From: an uncultured delta proteobacterium
GTDB lineage: Bacteria > Desulfobacterota > Binatia > UBA9968
Reading direction: 5' to 3'
Length of the DNA: 64,000 nucleotides
Assembly (NCBI GenBank): GCA_963760795.1
Contig: CAVXEP010000032.1
Span: forward strand, 448,001 to 512,000
In this document: in pieces, positions 52,778-62,668 of the stretch
Layout of the letters: the number at the start of each line of letters is the position of its first letter
How positions within the stretch are numbered: position 1 is the stretch's first letter
The notes under the pieces: model-generated
The model's input: only the letters and a program-made list of their open reading frames with translations
Database searches by the model: none
What the model was told of the DNA's origin: nothing
Made by a program: the position numbers and the translations under genes

Positions 52778-54006
52778 CGACGACCTAAGCGGAAAAATAC
52801 AATCGCAAGTCCGAGCACGACTAAGCCGACGATGCCGAAGCCGATCCAGCCCCAGATCGTCGGTGTCGACACGGTGACGCGGAATTCCACGGACTTGGTG
52901 ACTTCCGGCGAATTGGCGGTCAGCGTCAACAGGTAATCGCCGGCGATGGTGCGGTCCGGCGCCAGGACTTCCATCTTGATTTCGCGCACCTGGCCGGGCT
53001 CGATCAAGTCGATCTTGTCGGGCTTGAACTCGACGGTCCACTTGTCGCTGGGCTTTTTGGTGACGAAGCTCAGATTGCGAACCGGCGCGGTGCCGGCGTT
53101 GCCGACGACGAAATCGACCGGCGATTTCTTGCCGGCGGTAACGGAAGTGTTCAAGGTGCCGGCCAGTGACCCCATCTTGAGATCCTGCGTGCCCTTGAGG
53201 CTGACTTTGACAGTGGCCGAAGCCTCAAACGCACCGGAGCGCGCCGTTACCGTGATCGGTTGCTCTTTGGCGTCGGCCTTTACCGGGGTGTCGATCTCGA
53301 CGCTAAGGGTTTCCGAGCCGCTCTCTTTGAGTTGGATCGACGAGATCTGTTGGTCGCCGAACTGCGGCTTGAAACGGAGCGTCCAACCGGGAGGGGCTTG
53401 GGCGGACAGCGCGGTGGTCAGCGGTTTGTTGGTTTCGTTCTTGAGATCGACGGTGAATTTGAGCGTCTGGCCCGAGCCGGTGCTGAGCACCGGATACTGG
53501 CTGGTTAGCTTGAGGCCGCCGGTATCAACTTTCTTCGAAGTGACGGTGATATTGAGGGTTTCGGCATACTGGGTCGAACCATTGGTGTCTTTGGCGCTGA
53601 CCTTGACTTGGTAGACTCCGGGACGGGTTGCTTCAGGGATCTTCGCTTTGAATTCAATGGTCGTCGATTTTTCGCCGCCTTGGACTTGCACCGAGCGTAT
53701 CGGAAAGCTCGGATAGCGGGAATTAAAATTAACATCCCAGCCTTTCGGCACCCCATCCAAGCCGATAGCGACTTCGACAGGGTCCTTGCGCCGGTTGACG
53801 ATCTCGGTATCCATCGTCACTTCTTGGCCTTGACCGACCGTGAGATTCTTGAACGGCAAGATCAAATTGAAAGTTTCTTTTGGCGGGGGAGTTGTGTCCG
53901 CTTCAGCGGCGTATCCGTTGGCAAGGAAACCAGCCGCAGCGATCCAAACCAGCGCAAGCGCAGCGAGCACCATCGACGGGCGACTTCTTACAGCCCAAAC
54001 CCTCAT
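52774..54006 (-). CDS. exported membrane-anchored protein with repeated Ig-like (NEW3-like) domains
   Basis: Signal peptide, three beta-rich repeats (PKGW, PPGW, DKW), C-terminal TM WGWIGFGIV...LGRR. Confidence 0.75.
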   Translation of the reverse strand: MRVWAVRSRPSMVLAALALVWIAAAGFLANGYAAEADTTPPPKETFNLILPFKNLTVGQGQEVTMDTEIVNRRKDPVEVAIGLDGVPKGWDVNFNSRYPSFPIRSVQVQGGEKSTTIEFKAKIPEATRPGVYQVKVSAKDTNGSTQYAETLNITVTSKKVDTGGLKLTSQYPVLSTGSGQTLKFTVDLKNETNKPLTTALSAQAPPGWTLRFKPQFGDQQISSIQLKESGSETLSVEIDTPVKADAKEQPITVTARSGAFEASATVKVSLKGTQDLKMGSLAGTLNTSVTAGKKSPVDFVVGNAGTAPVRNLSFVTKKPSDKWTVEFKPDKIDLIEPGQVREIKMEVLAPDRTIAGDYLLTLTANSPEVTKSVEFRVTVSTPTIWGWIGFGIVGLVVLGLAIVFFRLGRR

Positions 54007-54084
54007 ATATTCAACCCCCTCCAGGACAAATTTGTTGCCGATAATTAACCATTATCAGTTTCACCGTCAAGGCCTCTTGCGAAA

Positions 54085-54537
54085 TTAAGTGTTGCCCAAC
54101 TGGCGCAAACCTTCATAAAGCACGATGGCAACCGCGTTGGATAAATTCAAACTGCGCACTCCTGCGCCGCTCATGGGGATGCGCAGGGCGCACGCGGCCA
54201 GGTCCTGCCACATTTCCGCCGGCAAGCCGCGGGTTTCCGGACCGAAGACGAGAAAATCATCTTCAGCGTAGCGCATCGACGTGTAAGAAAGCTCCGCCTT
54301 CTTGGTGAAATAGAGCAGCCTTGCCGGTTTTACTTGGTCGAGAAACTGCTGCCAGTCCTTATGCACATGAAGATCGACGAACGGCCAATAGTCGAGACCG
54401 GCGCGTTTGAGATGCTTGTCATCGATCTTGAAGCCTAGCGGTTCGATCAAATGCAGCGGCGTCAGCGTCGCGGCGCATAAACGCGCGACACTGCCGGTGT
54501 TGGGCGGAATCTCCGGCTCGAAGAGGACGACCTGCAT
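54085..54537 (-). CDS. trmL: tRNA (cytidine34-2'-O)-methyltransferase
   Basis: VLFEPEIPPNTG, RAGLDYW, FGPETRGLP, RSLNLSN. Confidence 0.93.
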   Translation of the reverse strand: MQVVLFEPEIPPNTGSVARLCAATLTPLHLIEPLGFKIDDKHLKRAGLDYWPFVDLHVHKDWQQFLDQVKPARLLYFTKKAELSYTSMRYAEDDFLVFGPETRGLPAEMWQDLAACALRIPMSGAGVRSLNLSNAVAIVLYEGLRQLGNT

Positions 54538-54539
54538 GG

Positions 54540-54977
54540 TTAGACTTCCAACACCAACGTCACCGGCCCGTCGTTGGCCAGGGTCACTTTCATATGGGCT
54601 TGAAATTGGCCGGTGGCGACGCTTAGTCCGGCAGCGCGCAGACGATTGGCGAATTCTTGGTAGAGATCCTGCGCCAGTGCCGGTGGCGCGGCGTCGGTGA
54701 ACGAAGGGCGATTGCCTTTGCGGCAGTCGGCGTACAAAGTGAACTGCGATACCACCAGGATCGCGCCGCCGCAATCCAGCACCGAGCGATTCATTTTGCC
54801 CAATTCATCTTCGAAAATGCGCAGATTTTTCACCTTGTCGGCGAGGGCCGCAGCCTTGTCTGGGTTATCGTCCTTGCCGACGCCAAGAAAAATACACAAG
54901 CCGGCGCCGATCCGGCTGACGGTTTGGCCGTCCACGATGACACTGGCCTCGCTGACTCTTTGAATTACCGTGCGCAC
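54540..54977 (-). CDS. dtd: D-aminoacyl-tRNA deacylase
   Basis: [26 protein letters not shown]. Confidence 0.95.
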   Translation of the reverse strand: MRTVIQRVSEASVIVDGQTVSRIGAGLCIFLGVGKDDNPDKAAALADKVKNLRIFEDELGKMNRSVLDCGGAILVVSQFTLYADCRKGNRPSFTDAAPPALAQDLYQEFANRLRAAGLSVATGQFQAHMKVTLANDGPVTLVLEV

Positions 54978-55053
54978 TTGTGCTCTAGATCGGGCATGGA
55001 CGTAGAAACGAAATTGTTAACAGAGAAGCGTTCTGGTCTCAACAATTAGATTA

Positions 55054-55773
55054 ATGATCGCAACTAGATTTATCGTCTTCGGTTCGGTCGCCTGGCTCCT
55101 GTTCGACGGCGCAACTCTTGCCGCGGCGGCGGATACCGCGGCCAGTGGTAAGGTTGTTGGCATCGTGAGCGTCGCCGGAGTAGCGGAGAAGCCCAAGCCG
55201 CTGCCAGTGTTCAAAAGCCGCTCATTTTGCGGCGCGACGGTGGCCAACGAGACTTTGCTCGTTGGCGCTGACGGGCGCTTGCGTAACGCCGCGGTGATTC
55301 TACGGCCGCTCAGTGGTGGCATTGTCGCGCAGCCGAAAAAACTTGTTCTCGACAATCAACATTGCGCCTTTACTCCCCATGTCCAAGTCGCGCCCCGAGG
55401 CAGCGAGCTCTTGCTCAAAAATAGCGATCCGATCCTGCACACGGTGCATGCACGCTTGGGGCGGGAAACGCTGTTCAATGTCGGATTGCCGAAATGGCGC
55501 CAGGTAACTAAGCGGCTCGACCGCGCCGGTGTCATCAAGATCGACTGCGACGTGCTGCATACCTGGATGAGCGCGGTGATCATTGTCACGGACAGTCCTT
55601 ACTCCTACGTCAGCAACGAAAAAGGCGAGTTTCAATTCGATGGAATACCGGCCGGCAGTTACGAAATAGAAATCTGGCACGAACGGCTGGGTCGGCAGTC
55701 GCAACGAATCGTTGTCCGTGACAATGGCACGACGGCTGTCGATGTGGTCTTCTCAGCGGAAAAGAAACGGTAG
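55054..55773 (+). CDS. exported protein with cupredoxin-like and carboxypeptidase-regulatory-like segments
   Basis: CAFTPHV, NSDPILHTVH, CDVLHTWM, GEFQFDGIPAGSYEIEIWHE. Confidence 0.7.
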   Translation: MIATRFIVFGSVAWLLFDGATLAAAADTAASGKVVGIVSVAGVAEKPKPLPVFKSRSFCGATVANETLLVGADGRLRNAAVILRPLSGGIVAQPKKLVLDNQHCAFTPHVQVAPRGSELLLKNSDPILHTVHARLGRETLFNVGLPKWRQVTKRLDRAGVIKIDCDVLHTWMSAVIIVTDSPYSYVSNEKGEFQFDGIPAGSYEIEIWHERLGRQSQRIVVRDNGTTAVDVVFSAEKKR

Positions 55774-55819
55774 TGCTGCTTTTGTTCGGTCGATCTGTTA
55801 GTTTTGCCGAGACGCATTC

Positions 55820-56602
55820 ATGTATCCAATTATTTTCCAACTTGGCCCGCTGACCATTTACAGTTTCGGCGCATTTATGGCGCTAGCGGCGTTGACCGCG
55901 GTTTGGCTGGTCAGTGCCGAACTCAAGCGGCGCGGCCACAATCCTGAGTTGGCGTCGACTATGGTCTTCGCCGCCGCTATCGGCGGGCTCATCGGCGCGC
56001 GTTTACTGTTTATCATTGAAGAGTGGCAGGGCTTTCTCGCCGCGCCACTGAATTATATTTTCACCGGCGCGGGTTTTACCTGGTACGGCGGATTCTTTGG
56101 CGGCGCTTTGGCGGCGAGTTGGGTGGTTCGGAAAAACAAAATCCCATGGCTGGCTGGCGTCGACATCGGTGCGCCGGCGTTGGCGCTGGCCTACGGCGTC
56201 GGCCGGATCGGCTGTCACTTCGCCGGCGACGGCGATTGGGGCGCGGTGACAACGGTTCCGTGGGGCGTCGCCTACACCAAGGCGATTGTCGGTTGGGCCG
56301 ATCCCTACACCGGGGTTCCCTATGGGCCTGGCGTGCTGGTCCATCCGACGCCCATTTATGAATTTCTCCAAGGCGTATTTGTCTTCGCAGTGCTCTGGTC
56401 GCTGCGCAAAAAAGCGCTGGTGCCGGGAACCATCGCTTGGCTCTATTTAATTCTCGCCGGTCTGATGCGCTTCTTGGTCGAGTTCTGGCGCATCAATCCC
56501 GCGGTTGGATTTGGCTTTTCCGAGGCGCAGTGGTTTAGTCTTTTACTGGTCGCCGTCGGGGTCGTCATGCTGGTCTTTCGTCCGGCGCGGTTGGCAACTT
56601 GA
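55820..56602 (+). CDS. lgt: prolipoprotein diacylglyceryl transferase
   Basis: IGARL, WYGG, GRIGC, HPTPIYE, RFLVEFWR. Confidence 0.9.
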   Translation: MYPIIFQLGPLTIYSFGAFMALAALTAVWLVSAELKRRGHNPELASTMVFAAAIGGLIGARLLFIIEEWQGFLAAPLNYIFTGAGFTWYGGFFGGALAASWVVRKNKIPWLAGVDIGAPALALAYGVGRIGCHFAGDGDWGAVTTVPWGVAYTKAIVGWADPYTGVPYGPGVLVHPTPIYEFLQGVFVFAVLWSLRKKALVPGTIAWLYLILAGLMRFLVEFWRINPAVGFGFSEAQWFSLLLVAVGVVMLVFRPARLAT

Positions 56603-56642
56603 AACAGGCGCGGTTGCGCGCTAGCTTTGATCGCACTTGGAT

Positions 56643-57041
56643 ATGAAACGCGCGTTTGTCATTGCTGTTTGCTTTTCGATTCTCTACGCCGGGGCGGTCT
56701 GGGCCTATGCCGGATGCGAGAGTCTGTTCACAGCGTCGGCGGGGCATGACCACGGTGACAGTAACGTTGGGCATGCGTCACGATAGCGATCAGACCATCA
56801 GCCCGTCGATTCCGATCCAGGGAAAATCCACTGCCCAAATCTGTTCGGTGAATTTCTCGTCGGGTCGCGTATCTCCATCGATCCCAACCCGCGTGTCAGT
56901 GTATCTGTCGGTTACGAATCCTTCCGGTGCTCGCCGTTAGTCCAGGGACTCAGCGCTTCTCGATTCGATCTCGGACCGCCCGGTCCGATTGTTTCAGCCC
57001 ATAATTCGCGTCATCTGTTGCTTTCCGTAATCCGCATCTAA
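56643..57041 (+). CDS. His-rich leader protein of the copper island (DUF2946-like); internal TAG at 56784 probably from compensating indels
   Basis: MKRAFVIAVCFSILYAGAVWA...GHDHGD...DHQPVDSDPGKIHCP...DLGPPGP...HLLLSVIRI-stop; start and stop share a frame; absent from the ORF track. Confidence 0.55.
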
Positions 57042-57138
57042 TACCGCGCTCGCGGTAATTTCTTCAGTCAATTTATTGAGTCACACGACCGATCGGTTTG
57101 TCCGATCAGTCGTTTCTCCTAGCGATTTGGGGAGAATT

Positions 57139-57825
57139 ATGTCGAGCAAATTATTGGCGCTGGGCATTGGCTGGGCGCTCGCGGTCTTTGTCAGTGCGGC
57201 AACCGTCGATTCAGCCGAGCGTGGCGCAGCGAAGAGCCAAGGAGCCGTGCAAGCCGCTGAACCGCATCATCCGCGCAATTGGCGCTTCACCATGCCTAAG
57301 GGCGATACGGCCAAAGGGCGCACCGTGTTTGAAAAGTTCGAGTGCTACTACTGCCACCGGATCAACGGCGAGGCGTTTCCGGAACCGACTGACAGCGCGC
57401 CGGAATTGAGCCAAATGGGACAGCTGCATCCGTTAGAATATTTCACCGAGTCGGTGATCCATCCTAACGCCGTGGTGCCGCGCAATCTGCGCAACCGCGA
57501 CGGTAGCTCGCCGATGTCGAAGGATCATCTCGAGCGTATGACGCTGCGCGAGTTGATCGATCTATCGAGTTATTTGGCCGGGCTCAAGCCGCCGACGTTG
57601 GCCAAGTCGGTGAACGGTGTCGGCAAGATCGTGGCCGTGGTGCCGCAGTCCCAGGAAGTCGTCATCGACCATGAAGAAATCAAAGGCTTCATGGACGCGA
57701 TGACCATGGGCTACAAGCTGGCATCGCCCGCGCAACTACAAGGATTGAAACCGGGCGACGTCGTGAACTTCTCCATCGATACCGGCAAACGGGTGATTAC
57801 CAAGATCGACAAATCTAAGAAATGA
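57139..57825 (+). CDS. exported cytochrome c - CusF-like fusion protein
   Basis: Signal peptide; CYYCH heme motif; C-terminal IDHEEIKGFMDAMTMGY...LKPGDVVNF. Confidence 0.8.
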   Translation: MSSKLLALGIGWALAVFVSAATVDSAERGAAKSQGAVQAAEPHHPRNWRFTMPKGDTAKGRTVFEKFECYYCHRINGEAFPEPTDSAPELSQMGQLHPLEYFTESVIHPNAVVPRNLRNRDGSSPMSKDHLERMTLRELIDLSSYLAGLKPPTLAKSVNGVGKIVAVVPQSQEVVIDHEEIKGFMDAMTMGYKLASPAQLQGLKPGDVVNFSIDTGKRVITKIDKSKK

Positions 57826-57841
57826 ATTTCTGAGGTCAGTC

Positions 57842-58300
57842 ATGAAGAGACAGATATTAAAACTATTCTGAGTGTCTTCACGTTTCCAGCCTGTGCGGCG
57901 TATCAGCCGCAACCGTTGAGCCAGAACCATCCCGCTCATGAAGACGCTGCGCCAGCGCCACGCCAGGCGCCTTCGCTGACGCTGGCATACACCCGAGCGG
58001 AAATGCCGTCGTCACCAGGCCGTTAGGGCAAGGCCGTCGAGCAGAAGTCCGAGCTGAAACGCCAGCGCAGCGCGGTACAGCAGACCGTAGTCGGCGAGGG
58101 CAAGGTGGTGGCGACGGTGCCGAGTGCCAGCGCAGATCGTCGTCGAGCATGGCGAGATCAAAGGGCTTCATGGACGCATGACCATGGGCTACCGGGTGGA
58201 CCCGCCATCGCTTCTTGACGGGCTGAAGTTCGGCGACAAGGTGCGTTTCACCATCGATGTGCCGAACAAGGCGATCATCAAGATTGAAAAGATCAAGTAG
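57842..58300 (+). CDS. CusF-like copper-binding protein (multiple frameshifts)
   Basis: Mosaic frames give GEGKVVATVP, IVVEHGEIKGFMDA/MTMGYRVDPPSLLDGLKFGDKVRFTI; stop at 58300. Confidence 0.7.
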
Positions 58301-58344
58301 ACAAGAGGAGACCGCAGGAATGCTTTCGGTAAGCAACGCTAGCA

Positions 58345-59763
58345 ATGCTGTTTTTTTCGCTGGTTTTTCTGAGCGGCTGCACGACGGTGAGCCTCAATGC
58401 CGGCTTTCCCGAGGTCGGCGCGTTGGTCGAAGAACGGAGCGGGCTCCAAGTCTTTTGGAACAACGGCACTGATCTAGATAAAGAAGCCGCTGAGAAACTT
58501 GGCTCGTTACTTAAAAACAAGCTAACGGTCGATGACGCCGTCCAGATCGCCTTGCTCAACAATCGCGAGCTGCAAGCGATTTATTCGGATCTCGGCGTCG
58601 CACAGGCAGACCTGGTGCAAGCCGGACTGCTCAGCAATCCGATCTTCGACGCGTCGATAAAATGGCCGATACCCGGCGGCGGCCGGCCGGATCTGGAACT
58701 CGCCGCGGTCATGAATTTTCTCGATATTTTTTATTTGCCGCTGCGCAGGCGAGTGGCGGCCGCCCGCTTCGAGGAGGCGAAAACCCGGGTAGGCGGATTG
58801 GTGCTGGACTTTGCGGCACGAGTTCGAACCGCCTTCTATAGTGCATCAGGCAAATGAGCAAATGCTCGAGCTGCGTCGGACGATAGTACAGGCGCTGACC
58901 GCGTCATTTGACGTCACGCGACGGCTTCACGAAGCGGGCAATATCACCGACCTCGACTTTGCCCGGGAAAGGGCGCTGCTGGAGGCCGGCAAATTGGCGC
59001 TCCGATCGGTCGAGGTCGCCGTCCGGCAAAGCCGCGAAGATCTGAACATTCTGATGGGTCTCTGGGGAAAACAGACCGAGTGGCAAACTGACCAACGATT
59101 ACCCGAAATACCGCAGCAGCCGATCCAGACGGAGGATATCGAACGTGTCGCGCTGAACCGCAGTGTGGATCTTTTGCACGCCCGGCAACGTCTCGTGTCT
59201 GCGGGCGAGCAGCTAGGACTGAACAAAGCGACAGCTCTGATTCCCGAATCGCACCTGGGCGCGCTGGGAGAGCGCACCGATGGAGCGTGGGAAGTCGGGC
59301 CAGTGCTGGAGTTTCCCATTCCGCTGTTTGATCAGGGACAGGCGCGCACCGGCCGTGCCGCCGCGGAGCTCAGACGCGCCCAGCAGGAATACTACTCCCT
59401 CGCCGTGCAAATTCGCGCCACTCGCGCGGGCGCTTCGAGACCGAGATGCAGGGGACGCGGGATCGCGCTTTATACTATCGCGACATCATGCTGCCGCTTC
59501 ATGAGCGCATCGTTAACGAAGCGCAGCTGCAATACAACGCGATGCAACTTGGACCCGATTCAATTGCTGCGCGCGCGCGAGCAGCAGATCGAGACCGGCG
59601 CTGCCTACGTCGAAGCGCTGCGTGACTATTGGTTGGCTCGGAGCGGAGCTAGCACAGCTCTTGAGCGGTCGATTGCTGGTAGGCGACGGTGCGCGGGCGA
59701 GTCGCGGCCGGCGGCGCAATGACGGGCGCTCGTACACAAGGGCGTAATCCAGAAGGCCATTAA
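58345..59763 (+). CDS. TolC-family outer membrane lipoprotein (frameshifted)
   Basis: Lipobox LSGC; AVQIALLNN, ADLVQAGLLSNP, IPLFDQGQ, ALRDYWLAR. Confidence 0.85.
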
Positions 59764-59780
59764 GCGAAAGGAGCGATATC

Positions 59781-61207
59781 ATGGCTAAAAAGATATCACG
59801 GCGGCAAATGCTAGGTATCGGCGCGGCTACCCTAGCCGGCAGCGTTGCGCTCTTGGGAAAAGACGGCCAGGCGAAATCTCATGCAGGCGGCTCGGCATCG
59901 TATCAGCCGTCACCAGGACAACCGAAGTCCGGTTAACCGGCCCTACTGGGAGAAGAGTTACAGCGGCGGGCCGATCGACGTAAAAGCGTTGCCGGCGGTT
60001 TTACCCGGCAAGGGTTATAAACCCGTCGTCGTTCCAAACGGCGGTGCGCTTCCTTTTAAAGTGGTTGACGGCGTCAAGGTTTTTCATCTCATCGCCGAGG
60101 AAGTGGATCATTTCTTCGATGCCGGCCTGCGGGCGAAGTGCTGGGGCTTCAATGGCCGGGTCAACGGCACGGTCATCGAAGCGGTCGAAGGCGAACGGAT
60201 TCGCATCTACGTCACCAACCGATTGTCCGTGGCGACGTCGGTTCACTGGCACGGCTTCTATCTGCCCAACGGCATGGACGGCGTCGGCGGGCTGACCCAG
60301 CCGTATATCAAGGCCGGCGACACGGTGAAATACGAATGGACCCTGCGCCAGCATGGCACCCTGATGTTCCACGCGCACCACGACGAGATGACGCAGATGG
60401 GCATGGGGATGATCGGCATGTTCATCATCCATCCGCGAAATCCTCCAGCCGGAACATCTCGTCGATCGCGATTTCGCCTTGCTCATGAGCGAATGGGTGA
60501 TCGAAGCCGGCACGGCGCGTCCGAATACGCTGGAGATGAACGATTCAACGTCCTCACGATCAACGGCAAAGTGTTTCCGTCGACGGCGCCATTGGTCTGC
60601 AAAACCGGCGACAAAGTCAGATTGCGGATCGGCAACCTGAGCGCCATGAGCCACCATCCGCTGCACATCCACGGCTATCATTTTCGGGTCACCGCGACCG
60701 ACGGTGAGAATATCCCGCTTTCGGCCCAGTGGCCGGAGACCACGGTGCTCGTCGGCGTCGGCCAGACGCGCAACCTCGAATTCATCGCCGACGCGCCGGG
60801 CGACTGGGCGCTGCACTGCCACATGACGCATCACGTGATGAATCAGATGGGCCATCAGTTTCCGAACATGGTCGGAGTCAAGCCGGAGGGTTTGGACGAA
60901 AAGCTGCGCCCGCTGCTGCCCGCCTACATGACCATGGGACATGAGGGCATGGACATGGGGCGAATGGCGGAGCTCATGCCGATGCCGAAAAATACGATTT
61001 CGATGAAAGGCAAAGCCGGGCCCGTTTGGCGACTACATTTCGATGGGCGGCATGATGACGCTGCTCAAGGTGCGCGACCGGTTAAAGAGTTACGACGAAG
61101 ATCCCGGCTGGTACGAACATCCGGCGGGAACGGTGGCGATGAAGGCGAGCGAACAGGAATTGAAACGCGATGGAATCGAATTAACCACGGGAAGTAACGT
61201 CAGGTGA
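59781..61207 (+). CDS. Tat-exported multicopper oxidase (frameshifted)
   Basis: SRRQML Tat signal; HWHG, FHAHHDE, HPLHIHG, HCHMTHH copper motifs. Confidence 0.9.
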
Positions 61208-61382
61208 GCTGACAAAAACCAATGGAGGAAAATGAGAAAGGCATGGAGGCGCAAACGGCAGCGAGCAAGCTCGAGGGAAACCAGTCGAGCAAGGATCGCT
61301 GCGGCAAAGTCAGGCCTGCACCTGATTTTACTAACCGTAGTTCTTTCGGTATTTCGCGAGAATAGTTGAAGGAGGAGTCCTT

Positions 61383-61790
61383 ATGAAAACTAATAAAGTA
61401 CGGTTTGCCGGTTTCTTGCTGATTGGATTGATTTTCAGCGGCGACATATTCGGCGCGGCGTCGAATACACCGCAAACGAATTCAGGCGGTGGTGTTACCG
61501 CGAAGGTGACTTATTTGAATCAGGGCGCTACCGATGAGCCCCGATTTCAGGTTGTGCTCGACACCCATTCGGTCAACTTGGACGCTTACGACCTAAAAAG
61601 CATTGCCGTTCTGCGCGACGACACCGGCAAAGCGTATGCTTCGACGGGTGTGGAAAACAAAGGCAGCGGGCATCATCGGGAAGCGATAGTGAGTTTCTCT
61701 AAATTATCACCGGACGCGAAGCGCGTTGAGCTGGTGATCAAGGATGTCGCGGGAGTGAAGGAACGAGTGTTTCGCTGGAACGTTGAGTAA
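61383..61790 (+). CDS. exported hypothetical protein of the copper island
   Basis: Signal peptide; LDTHSVNL and SGHHRE His motifs; GGAG RBS. Confidence 0.7.
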   Translation: MKTNKVRFAGFLLIGLIFSGDIFGAASNTPQTNSGGGVTAKVTYLNQGATDEPRFQVVLDTHSVNLDAYDLKSIAVLRDDTGKAYASTGVENKGSGHHREAIVSFSKLSPDAKRVELVIKDVAGVKERVFRWNVE

Positions 61791-61960
61791 CCGGCTCTGG
61801 AGTTAAATCTCCCGAAACGAACCGCTGTTGTAAAGGAGGTTAGCCATGGATTGTTTACAGAATAACCGGGGTACATAGCGTGGAGGTACAACTGGGTTCT
61901 GCACATTGGAAAGTGAAAAGATTCATAAACAGAAACGCAAAAACTGAAAGGGGGTTGGTT

Positions 61961-62379
61961 ATGAAAAAATTAATTACCGCAGTGATCGTATCGGTGGCGA
62001 TCGGAGTGTTTCCTCTGATGGCCCAGGAGAAAAAAGATATGCCCATGAAAGAAGGCATGCCCATGAAGGCGAGGCGATGAAGGGCGGCGGCATGATGATG
62101 GGCAAGATGAAAGAGATGCAGGGGAAAATGGCAGAGATGCAAAAGGGCATGGGCGGCATGATGAAAGGTCAAGGGATGATGAAGGGCGAAGAGACGAACG
62201 AAATGGGCAAGATGATGGGCGGAATGTCGGGAATGATGGGCGACATGGGCGGCATGATGGGCGGCGGAAAGATGACGCCTGAAGAGATGCAGAATATGTC
62301 AAAGATGATGGGCGATATGTCCGGCATGATGAAGCAGATGTCTGAGCGGATGGGGCGAGGGATGAAGACATCGAAGTAG
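61961..62379 (+). CDS. exported Met-rich protein (frameshift near 62070)
   Basis: Signal MKKLITAVIVSVAIGVFPLMA; 33 Met counted in the 100 aa ORF 62077..62379. Confidence 0.75.
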
Positions 62380-62668
62380 TGGAGCTTGGGAAGTGATCAT
62401 GCATACTCACGACCTATGACATTGGTTAAACGCGCTACCACTCGGACGTTGCTAGCGCAAGAGTGACTCTACGACTGGGGTTGGGGTGGTTGAATAGCGC
62501 CTGGGGCATTGGCATCTTGGGCTTTGGTAATCGCAGGCCGCGTGTTTGGCAGCCGCTATGCTGCCAGGACCCCTGCGTTCCTGCCGGGCACGGACCCTAA
62601 GACGCAAATCGGTATGAGATCGCAACGTAAGAAATCTAACCAGGTTTTTCTGACAAGGATGTAGTGAG

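Noticed and set aside
56784-56786. In-frame TAG as pyrrolysine or readthrough
   Set aside because: No pyl context is visible, and a neighbouring frame gives a better His/Asp-rich sequence, which points to compensating indels.
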